Shown: piece by piece, positions 20,056 through 30,400 of the stretch | Layout: every line of letters starts with the position of its first letter | Position numbering within the stretch: the stretch's first letter is position 1 | DNA from: Paramicrosporidium saccamoebae KSL3 | Lineage: Eukaryota > Fungi > Cryptomycota | DNA length: 32,000 nucleotides | Direction of reading: 5' to 3' | Assembly (NCBI GenBank): GCA_002794465.1 | Contig: MTSL01000035.1 | Coordinates: forward strand, 1 to 32,000 | Position numbers and translations under genes: made by a program | The notes under the pieces: generated by a model | Seen by the model: the letters and a program-made list of their open reading frames with translations, nothing else | Told to the model about the DNA's origin: nothing | Databases searched by the model: none

Positions 20056-21221
20056 ATGGAAGATGCCTAGCTAGTCATTGGAATTGTTGCGGCAGCAGCC
20101 GGCGGTCTTAGTGCCTGCCTCCTGAAAGCAAGCCCACCCCTGGATGGTCCTCGCAGACACTATAGGGTCTGCCGCGGCAATGTTCTGCAGTACAGTGGCA
20201 GCGGCCGAGGCTAATCTGTGGTCGTATGGCGTAGGAGGTGAGCTAGTAGCCCTTCTCCTTTCGTTGCTACCGTGCCGCCGTGCATGGGACCGCCGCCAAC
20301 AAAAGAAGCGGGCCCGAGCCCTTGGGATGTGGTTACCCGAGGACACCATATAGGATGCCTCCTTCTCCATTACCCTCTCAGTATATCAAGGTGAATCGGT
20401 TGTCTCTAATTCTATAGTTCGCTCTCCACCGCTATGGAGTCGATGCGTCCTGTATCCCACACCTACCAATTCCATCCCTGCAGAGGGCATTCGCAACGCA
20501 TTCCATCGAGCGCCAGGGACCGAGTCTGGCGGAGTTCAAGACAGAGTGCCTTGGTACAGTCACCTGTCTGGACGTAGGCGGCTTTCAAAGCTTTCAAATA
20601 ATGGCAGGCCTGCTGTTGTTCGTGGAGCCAACCGAAGCTGCAAAATGTCGAGGATGGTACGTGGCACGCAGCATGTGCTATTGTCTTGGAGCTTTTCATC
20701 AAGTCAAAGACCGATAAACTCGTGACTGTAATGCGTCTCATCTGAAAGTCACGCGTGCTCTGCCAGACGTCGGAACATGAATTTACAAGTAATGTGCTTT
20801 GTCGTCTGGCAGAGCACGCGTGACTTCCAGATGAGACGCTCCAAAGACGTCCGAGTCAAGATCCATTTGACCACACTCCCGGGTGACCGTTTTGAGCGTA
20901 GAAACAAATTGAACTTGAAGCGCTGATACTCGATGGGAATCTCTAAGAGTACCGGTTTTATGGACTTGACTGGTGTTTTTGGAGGTAATCTTCAAGGGAC
21001 CGGGATATTTGATTCACTACACTCATTGTTGTGAGACGTGTGAGCATCGTACCGTGGGACGCAGGTCATACAAGCATTCTGCTTTCGAGAAGCCATGGGA
21101 TTGGTGGGCATTTAAGACTATGTTGACAAGGTACATGGTAATGCTTCCACTACGCAGCGGACTGATGGTTATGTATAAACGTGGCATTTCAGACCCGGAA
21201 GAACTTGGCTTTTTGACATAG
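20056..21221 (+). pseudogene. Pseudogene of the 3-TM/zinc-ribbon family (copy 2)
   Basis: Aligns with copies 1 and 3 from promoter to CETC...EKPWDWW. Stops at 20068 (codon 5) and 20351, further TGG->TGA changes, a 7-nt frameshift insertion near 20668 and a local inversion. Confidence 0.9.
20733..20839. repeat. 37-bp inverted repeat (1 mismatch) with a 33-nt loop
   Basis: Left arm 20733-20769 gcgtctcatctgaaagtcacgcgtgctctgccagacg; right arm 20803-20839 cgtctggcagagcacgcgtgacttccagatgagacgc. Confidence 0.95.
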
Positions 21222-21308
21222 GCAAATCTTTGTGATAAACCCTTTCGTTTCTGGGAGAAATCATGTTGATATGCCATTATGAAACTGCAACGCAGATGGC
21301 ATTTCTAT

Positions 21309-21364
21309 CCAATCACACGTATAGGCGGGAGATTCATGCGAACGCACAGCGATTCCTATAAATA
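21309..21364 (+). promoter_or_regulatory. CCAAT / GC-box / TATA promoter of family copy 3
   Basis: CCAAT 21309-21313, GGCGGG 21324-21329, TATAAATA 21357-21364; ATG at 21399. Confidence 0.55.
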
Positions 21365-21398
21365 GAGCGATTCTGCCCAGGGTTTGGCATCGACAAGC

Positions 21399-22558
21399 AT
21401 GGAGAGTCCGCAGCTAGTCACAGGGATCGTTGCTGCCGCTGCTGGAAGTCTCAGCGCCTGTCTTATGGTCTGGTTTCGATGGGATCATGCCCATCCTTGG
21501 AGCACCCTCGTCGGGTTGTTCCTATCATCTGTGGTAGCGTTTTGCGGTACAGTGGCAGCGGCCAAGGCTAGTCTGTGGTCGTATGGCGTAGGAGGTGCGC
21601 TGGTAGCCCTTCTACTTTCATTGCTACCGTGCCGCTGGGCATGGGACCGCCACCAACAAAAGAAGCGGGCCCGAGCCCGAGGGCTGTGGCTGTCCGAAGG
21701 CACCGTCGAAGGTGAATCCTTTTATGTCACCCTGACAGTATCAATGTGAGTCGATCGTCTTTAATATTGTAGATCGCACTCCGCCGATATGACATTGACG
21801 CGTCATGCATCACAGACTTACCGATTTCAGATATGAAGAGGGCATTTGCGACAAGGCCCATCGCGCGCCAAGGACTTAGTTTGGCGGAGTTTAAAATAGA
21901 GTGCCTTAGTGCAGTCACTTGCCTGGACGTAGGCAGCTTTCGACAAATGGCCGGAATGCTGCTGCTTGCGAAGCAAGCTGAAATCGAAACGTGCAGAAGA
22001 TGGTATGTCAAGTGCGCAATTGTCTTGGATCTCTTCGTAAAGTCGAAAGATGAGGAGCTCGTTAATGTGGTGCGCTTGATGTGGAAGACCCACCTGTTCT
22101 GCCGGGCATTGAGGTGTGAATTGACACGCAATGCTATTTATCGTCTGAAGACCGAAATGGCCAAATTTCTTATACATTTTTTGATCCAGGAGCACCCCAA
22201 GGACGATTGGGTCAAGGCCTATTTGACAGAATCCGGAAACGCACAGACCCCTCCAAGTGGTAGTTTCACGCGCATAGAAGACTTGTCAATAGAATGCTGG
22301 TACGCCGCGGGGGATCTTGAAGAATGCCGTTTATGTAGGTACAGGCCTTGGAAGAGACCGGCAGTTTTGGAAGTACCTTATAGGGGGTTAAGATACATAT
22401 TTCGCTTTACCCGCCGTTGCAAAACTTGCGGGTGCCGTACTTTGAGGCGTGGGTTATGCAGGCGTCCCGATCCTAAGACGCCATGGGACTGGCGGTCATG
22501 GGACAGTGTTTCAGTAACAGGCAGCGAGGACATTGGACTTGGAAGGATATTTGACTAA
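21399..22558 (+). CDS. 3-TM/zinc-ribbon family copy 3; exons 21399-21737 and 21773-22558; 374 aa
   Basis: Same exon sizes and the same 35-nt GTATCA...TAG intron as copy 1; CRLC-x27-CKTC and PWDW motifs conserved. Confidence 0.75.
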
Positions 22559-22861
22559 TAAATAAACATTTTATTCATATTGTGAGGCTAGAGTATCTGG
22601 TTGATCTGCTTTTTAGTGCAGTTGATTACATCTCAAGACACATAGTATTCATGCTAACAACCATATGGGGCATGGCCAATAATACGAGATGCTTGAAGCT
22701 TTCCTGTTAGGAACGGGCAAATAAACCCGTGACCCTCTTAAAAAGTTATATCCTGAAAATGCGCTTACATACACAGAAAGTTTATTGATAAAAGCACTTT
22801 CTTAGATATCACTAAATATTTTGCAAAGCAACTGGATATCGCCTATTAACAACTAATCATC

Positions 22862-23713
22862 CTAACACGATACATTGCGCTCGCACCGATCAGGCCAACG
22901 AAACCGGTAATAGCCCAGTCTAACCGGATCCATCATTGAAAGACAACCCGGGCACACCATTGTAGCCGAATTGAACCATTTGCGTTTTTCAGAGTGACTA
23001 AACAGCGCCACTTCTGATACTGTCAAAACCAGCTCACTGTCTGATCCCTCCAAAATGCAAGTCATCAGGCCGATATATTTTTTAGGATAAATCTTTCCCT
23101 CGAAGAATATTTCGTCATCCCATGGATCTACGTCGAGCGGAAAACGGAGAGAATTGATCACACACATTGCCAAAATGACTCCCATTAGATAAAATATGAG
23201 GGTGCCGATGCCATAAAAATAGCCAGCACTGATCACTACTGCTAGCAATATGAACGGAATGGTGTCGGTGATCAGGACAATGGGCCAGCCTAGCCACTTG
23301 TAAATATCTATTTCATAGCCAAGACGAACAGTTCTCCCCTTTCGACAGAGAAACTTGTCGTTTTTGTGGTAATACCCAAGTGTCAAGCCACCAGGGTGAT
23401 GCCAAACAGAAAAGAGAAATCCGAGATACTTCAGTCGCCCACTAGCTGTGCAATTTACATCATTATAACGATATTCGGCTGTCATGAAAGAGCGAAGGCT
23501 GATATGCATGATGAGATAGTAGAGAGGAATGAACGTGAAGAAGCCAAGCCAAGTTGAAAGATAGATCGGCCAGCCCCAGAAGGGATAGCACATGTTGACA
23601 ATTGTCCATGCTGCCAGCAATACAAAGCATGCATCAGCGATAATACTGAGACATTTTACCAGCTTTGGAACAATCACACTTCCTTCTGCAGGTCTGAATG
23701 AGAGATACAACAT
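22862..23713 (-). CDS. Hypothetical ~4-TM membrane protein (~283 aa from ATG 23713; ORF extends to 23809)
   Basis: 315-codon ORF with two hydrophobic hairpins. A TATAAATA and CCAAT inside or just upstream of the longer ORF's 5' end favour the MLYLSF start. Confidence 0.65.
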   Translation of the reverse strand: MLYLSFRPAEGSVIVPKLVKCLSIIADACFVLLAAWTIVNMCYPFWGWPIYLSTWLGFFTFIPLYYLIMHISLRSFMTAEYRYNDVNCTASGRLKYLGFLFSVWHHPGGLTLGYYHKNDKFLCRKGRTVRLGYEIDIYKWLGWPIVLITDTIPFILLAVVISAGYFYGIGTLIFYLMGVILAMCVINSLRFPLDVDPWDDEIFFEGKIYPKKYIGLMTCILEGSDSELVLTVSEVALFSHSEKRKWFNSATMVCPGCLSMMDPVRLGYYRFRWPDRCERNVSC

Positions 23714-24149
23714 CGGGTGGGGAATTCGGAGTAGCTCCACATATACTATTGTCCAATAGGAGCGACCCCTTGAAGAATATGTTGGATGGTTATTTATAGA
23801 ACAGTGCATTCATTGGCCGATAAAATTTACTGCACTAAACGACAATGTGATGCATTGTTTATTGGTCGCTGACACTTCTTACGTACCTGTTGTAGGTACT
23901 GCCCAGTCATCGGGGAACAGATCCTTCTGTTAGGTCCTGCATTTTGGAAACGTCAGTTGCTCACAATGGGCCAATGATAGATCGACTATTGGGGAAATAT
24001 GAGTGGATGCAGTGCCCGTGCCACGTAGTGGGAAAAATGTCATGGACAAAGTCGGGAAGAACGAGAACTAGTTTAGTATTAATGCAACAGTCTTTGCTAC
24101 TCGGCTTCAACTAACTTGAAATAGTAAAATTCATTTTAGTTTCAGAAGC

Positions 24150-24155
24150 AAAAAA
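24150..24155 (-). terminator. Pol III T6 terminator of tRNA-Arg
   Basis: TTTTTT begins 2 nt downstream of the tRNA 3' end on the minus strand. Confidence 0.8.
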
Positions 24156-24156
24156 G

Positions 24157-24230
24157 TGACCTACGCAGGGGTCGAACCTGCAATCTCCAGATTCGTAGTC
24201 TGGCGCCTTGTCCAATTTGGCCAGTAGGCC
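24157..24230 (-). tRNA. tRNA-Arg(ACG), intronless
   Basis: GGCCTAC/GTAGGTC acceptor stem, TGGCCAAATTGG A-box, CCAGA-CT-ACG-AA-TCTGG anticodon arm, GCAGG-TTCGACC-CCTGC T arm. Confidence 0.95.
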
Positions 24231-24478
24231 TTGTATACAGAGGTCACATGGTTTTACTTGGCTCATATACAGACCAATAATTTATATAGTTTTACTACAT
24301 TTTACACAGACCACATATAAAGCATCTGTTAAACAGCATCCACTTATTATCGGCGAGTCCGACCCAGATAGCGATCCTACAGGCCAGTCTGGTTCTATTA
24401 TGAATGGCTACCTATAAAGAAGCTATATACTTGATAGAAGCAAGTTCATCCATCGACAGCGTCTTTATATAAAAATAT

Positions 24479-27400
24479 CTACCATAGACCACGGACATAA
24501 ACATGATAATTCTTGACCTTGTGCCACCTCCTTGAAAAATGGTCATTTCCCCTGACCTCTTTAGGATTCTTCCCGAGTGCTGCATAGATTCTATATCGAC
24601 CGGGCAATGTTGGGCGGTAGACGACCTCGTACAGAGACTGTTCCGGACGGGGGATGACCTTGCACTGGAGCGGACGATCGTCGGGATGTGCGACAAGCGA
24701 GTCGCTGGATTGGGACGTTGTAGGGGGCGCAGACTGCACCCGATGCAGTCGAATAGCCAGATCAACGGGTGAGAGAGGCAGGACCTTTCCACAGGAATCG
24801 TGGAGCTGGAGGAGGAAGGTACCCCGCTGATGAGGCTGGATAGAATAGAGTCCGGTGAAGAAGATGCGCGTCTGGGGGAGGTTGGGCAGTGGTGAGAGGA
24901 AGGAGAGGTCCTCGATGGCTGGGATGGCATAGTGGGCCGTAGCAATCGAATATCCAATCAACATTTTGCTCGTGTTCCCGAGAATCTGTCGCACATCCAC
25001 TGGGAACTTGGCCACGTATTTGATGTCGGGCGCAGCCTCAGATGCCATGGTTGTGATGAGAATCTTTTCGTCTGGACGGTATTGAATCTGCGCAAAGTTC
25101 CAACCTGTCATCATGTCGGGCGGAAAGGCGGCAGCGTTTTGTAACATGAGCGGATGGGACTCTCCATTTTTGTAAATGGCCAAAGTGTTCTTGATTGGGT
25201 CGCAAACAATCCCAACGCTGTGATCAAGCCCCACATAGCCATAATCCGTGTGTTTTGAAAATCTCAATGGTCTGCCGCGTCGCAAGATGATAGCCCAGCC
25301 GGGCTTTTCAGGTCCATATCTTCGGGTAGAGGCAAACTTTCCAAGATGTGTAAACCTGAAGCGGAACGAAATGATCAGATTTTGACTCGAATGGAACATC
25401 TTGGTGCTCCAATACCGCTCGGTGAGATTTTCGTGTGACCCGCCACGTCTTGCCAAGTTTTGTTTGGTGAGACCTCTGAATAGGTCCGTGCTGGGCTTGG
25501 GGATGCAGCTGATGGATTGATGACAGGGATCGGAAAAGGGAGTACTGGGCATGGGCAAATCGGCAATTTCAATCTGTAAATCCATGTAAAAGGGCGTATC
25601 CTTCTTGCCAGGCACAGACAGTCCGACTGTGACAACACTTGGTCGAACAGCAACACAGAGTCCATCTCTAAATACGCCTTGGTCAACCAGCTGAGGGATC
25701 GCTTGGTAATTGGGGACTGTAATGGAAGCCTTTACCGCTTCACCAGAGGTCATTGAGGTATTTGGTGGCAGCTTGACTACAGGTCGGGTCTTATGTCGGT
25801 ATATACATTTCAAATATTGAGTAGGTGACAAGGTGGGTTCCTGGCATTCCTCTGCGGCAAGCCTAATTACACCAAATGCATCTCCGCGCAGCTCCCCAAG
25901 GACATCCTGCAGTCTGCTAGCGGCAGAACTGTAAAGTACGCCCGTCATGTCTTTAAACTCGATATTCAGGAACATGCCCAAAATGTTGAAATCAAAAGTA
26001 AAGTCGTTCCTAAAGGCCATGTGGTAGAAACCCTTTTCTATATTTTCCATCAGTTTGGCATAGCGTTGGTAGCCTTGTTTCTTTAAATCTTCCCACATGC
26101 CAGTCCAGCCGCCGTCATCACTGTCGCGGCTGTCATCAGAAGAGGAAGAATATTCTCTCTTGAACAGTTTCTTGCCCTGCTTGGCGCGTTTGTTGTAGTG
26201 TCGATCGATCCGCTCACTATGCTTCCGCAACACTTTAATTTCGCCATTATCCCACAATCTGTCAAATTCACTGGACGAGGATGGGACGGATTCCGTGCTG
26301 CCACTACTTTTCTTGCTCTCCCTTCTACGTACTCGAGCTTGCTTCTTCCGTGACTTTCCGGCCCTCTGGATCCGATTCTTCCACACACCTGGAACTTTGA
26401 CATGTTTGTTGGGTGCTTCGGGGTCAACTGACGGCGATCGCTCGCGATGATAATTACGGGACCTCTGTAGACGTCTCCTTTCGCTCGTACTTCCAGTATC
26501 CAACACCAGACTCTTTACCAGCTGATCCTTTGTCATTAATCTTGCTCCTTTGATCGGATTATTAGTCTGCACTGTTGTTAATGCCTCGCTGAGAGAGTCA
26601 CTTGAAGAGCGTCTTGAGCGACCGCGTCTGGGCGGAGGATCGTTCCACGATGGGGATGATCGAGATCTGCGCGTAAACTTTGTGGAGGACTTTTGTGAAC
26701 CCGACCGGGACACCGACTCTTGCGAACCCGATCGAGATACTGATTCTTGTGAACCCGACCGAGATACTGGTTCTTGTGAACCCGACCAGGATACTGATTT
26801 TTGTGAACCCGACCAGGATACTGATTCTTGCGATGACCCGATGTTGGTGGGCCTGGAACGAATGGGGCTGAAACGAGTAGATCTGGTATGGGTAGAGCTA
26901 GAACGAACTGGCCTGGTATGGGTGGGGCTGGAACGAGTTGAACTACTGCGGGCTGAATTGCTGTGGGAAAAGCCTGAATTCTGCGCTGAGCTAATGTGAA
27001 CAGGACTCGAGTTTTGTGGCGGTGTAGTAGGGGCTGAGCCTGAATCCCCAGACAATACTGATTGTGGCAAAGAATCATCGGCAGATTTTGGCTTTTTAAC
27101 TTCATCCGTCACAGTACTTTGATCTTGGACTGAATTAGTACCATTTGCATTCCTTTCTTTTTCGGCATCTTGACGATCCACCTGCGGTTTAACCGTTTCT
27201 TTTGATGATCTTGAGCGCGTACTGGCACGAACAGAACGGCGATTATTCCGTTCTGAGTCGGACGACCACGAATCATCTCTTAAGCTACGGTTTCTCCGAT
27301 TAGCCACTCGTGTTTGACTGTGAGACTGTGATTGAGGGCGCGATTTTGTTTGATTACGAGACCTTGTTCGACTATGAGGTCGTGTTTGATTACGAGACCA

Positions 27401-30400
27401 TCTTTGGCTTTGAGGTTGAGTTTGATTACGAGATCTTCTTTGACTTTGAGGCCGTGTTTGATTACGAGACCATCTTTGACTTTGAGATCCTCCTTGATTA
27501 CGAGACCATCTTTGACTTTGAGATCCTCCTTGACTACGAGACTTTCTTTGATTTTGAGACCTTTCTTGACTCTGAGACCTTTCTTGACTATGTGACCTTT
27601 TTTGACGGTGAGGTTGTGGCTCATTATGGGATAGGGAATTTTTTTCATGGTGACGTGAATTTTCCCGGCTACTGCGCAGCCTGTCGCGGTTACTATATGG
27701 TTTGTCATCACGATATTGTGTCTCGCGTCTTCTTCTATACGCACCACGTTTCTTGTCATTCTTGTTTGCGTCACCGTCTCCCCAAACTGCATTATATGCT
27801 GAATTCAATAGGGAACTACAAGTATTCCAAAATGATGTGCCCATATTGGACTCGGACTTTTGCGGTCTTTGCGGTCTAGGACTACGGTCGCTTCGTCCCC
27901 AACCAGTATCGCTTCTGCTAGGGAACAAGTCTTCATTCCAGGATCTCTTGTAATGTTGTTTACTGGGGACCAAGTCTTCATTTAAGGAACTCGCATCATG
28001 TGGTTTACTGGGGACCAAGTCTTTGCTCAAGGATCTCTTGTAATGTCGTTTGGTCTCGGGTGTACCCCAAATTCGATTTTTTGCCCATGTAGCCCATCCC
28101 TTTGTCCAATCCCAAGCATTCCACAGATCATTTTTGGCCCGAGTTGCCACATTCTTTGCCACACTCCAAGCGGCTGCTGGTGCAGAAGAGGCAACTTTCA
28201 TCAAATCATGCACCTCACGCCAATCGACATGGGAGGCAGTGTCGTCAAAGAGCCCAAGAGGCGCATCACGTCGTCCAAATGACATGTCCAAACGGAGACG
28301 GAAATGTTTGGAAAGGTCCACTAGTGCAGACACCTTGACGGGCATCCCAAGAGAGAGACCCGTGAGGAAATCGCTAAACTCGGGAACAAATGTGCCGCTT
28401 GGTTTGATCTTTCCAAATGCCGTGCGACTGACAGTCACATGGACTAGCAGCGGATTAGATCCCGGCAGCAAGGTGAGCTTTCCAATCTTGACCCGTACAA
28501 ACTCATAGCCTTTGTGTATGTATCGATAGGAAATGTCCTCATCCATGACAATGGTTGTACAGGGAATCGGGTTATTTATCCAAATGCCACCAATGGTCAA
28601 TTCCATCTGTTCTCGTCCCGACTTGAGAAGCTTCATCGGCACATCACCCGGTAGCAGATATGAGAAGATGGGCGCCACATTTGTCTCGGGGAACATCATA
28701 CTCACCAGACTGCTAAGGAGGGTGGATCGATGCAGCCGCTCATTGGAAAAGGAAATGTTCAGCGGAGAAAAGTGCACAGGCACACGATGCCCATGACGTT
28801 TGTAGACGGGAACTGGATCAAAAGTAAGAATAAACGAGGGATCAATTTGCCAGGGAGCCAGCAACTCGCCCAGCATTCCAATTCTTTTTGCCAACTTTAA
28901 ACGTACCATCACCGTCTCAACGTCGTCTTTGTGTTTCTTTCGGGGTTTCCTATGTCGCGGATAGGGAAGACGGGCGACACGTTTGATGGTGAGAGGATCC
29001 ACTCGCAGTTCAATGGCATCCATATCATTGATTGCAATGGCAAAATCCAATCGAGAGACTCTCACCCCCACTGCCAAGAACTTTGGATGTCTTCGAAAGT
29101 TCAACTTGTCCAACAGTCGGGCAAGCAGATACGCCACTCCGTCAACTGCCGGTTGGATGGCATTGAATAGGGTAATGTCAGCATCCATAAAGGGACCCGA
29201 TGGTGCTGATGCTCTTCGATCCTTGGGATCGCACATGCTGGGAATAATACACGGAATACGGTACTCTCGTACCCCATGGGCGCCTTTTGGACGGACTACG
29301 AGCGCGTAATTAGACTCGGCAGCAGCACGGCCCTTTTGAACTCGTCGCCAAGCCCGCGTCCAAAATTCAACAATCATATGGATTGGCAGAGAGCTCTTGA
29401 ATCCATGATGCTTTTCCTGGCGAGAGTTTTGTAGTCTGCGTCTTTCCAGTCTGATGCGTCGAATCCATTTCTTACGGGTTTCATTCTTTCTTCGTCGCGC
29501 AGTGCGGAATGCTCGAATCCGACCTTGCACAGTTTCGGGAAGGAAGGGAGACGAGCGCACCTCGAGTTGAAGATGTTTTTTTGGCAATCTGCGCATCACC
29601 CGTTTGCTCGTCTTGTCGTCGGCCCTTTTCCTTACAAAGTTGTGCAGATGCGCCAAGATCCGTCTCATGGTGGCGGAGGAAAAGTCGTTGGGATGGACTC
29701 GAATGGCAAACTCAATTACCAGACGATTCGTAGTAGGAACCCCATGGTTAATCAAGACGCGGTTTTCATCGAGTCGAAAAGTCAACTGTCCCTGGGAGAT
29801 GCGCGTCTTTAGCCAGGACTGCTCGTATCGGGTAGTGAGAAGGGTGCGTCCCCATTGGACTGACATGAGAAACGCTAATGAATTCCCGGATCCCCTCCTC
29901 GGTCGCTGTTTCAAATTATAGACACACGCAGGGGGAACTCTGATCAAGATTCTCCCCTTCATCATTGTGCGTGATACAGAATCTACATCGACTTGAATGG
30001 AGAGTGGACGTTCTCGATAAAAATTCTTTACCGGAGGACGATTTGGACGCTTCTTCCTGCTGTGTAACGGCAGACTGAGGGGGAATACTTGTCCCACGCC
30101 GTTGATAAGTCGATCGAGAAGCGAAATGTCCTGAGACATGAGCTGTCGACGATCGCTAAAGCCGACGGACGTCTTTACCTTGCGCAGATGGCGTCCAGCG
30201 AGATGATCCGCAGCCTCCAATGCGCCCCTCAGATTAGTAATGGAGGCGCTTAGTGGCAAAAAATTAATCAGTGCTTCATCTTCATTGGCCATCAAGATTT
30301 CCCGCTCCGTCAAATTTGGCTTAGACAGAGCTCGACGGCGTTTCTTCCGATTGTTTGCGATAGTCTCTCGTCGGGTGTGCTTGCTTGGGGCAAGACGGGT

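Noticed and set aside
26550-26999. Plus-strand ORF with EPDRDTDSC repeats
   Set aside because: Antisense reading of the 27-bp coding repeat of the giant gene.
27280-27879. Alternative-frame ORFs with striking hexapeptide repeats (FDYETI... on plus; VKEDLKVKDGL... on minus) that look like beta-helix proteins
   Set aside because: They are by-products of a stop-free 18-bp repeat inside a 6-kb continuous frame. They extend only ~200-270 bp past the array, into ordinary non-repetitive sequence, and have no promoter or intron support.
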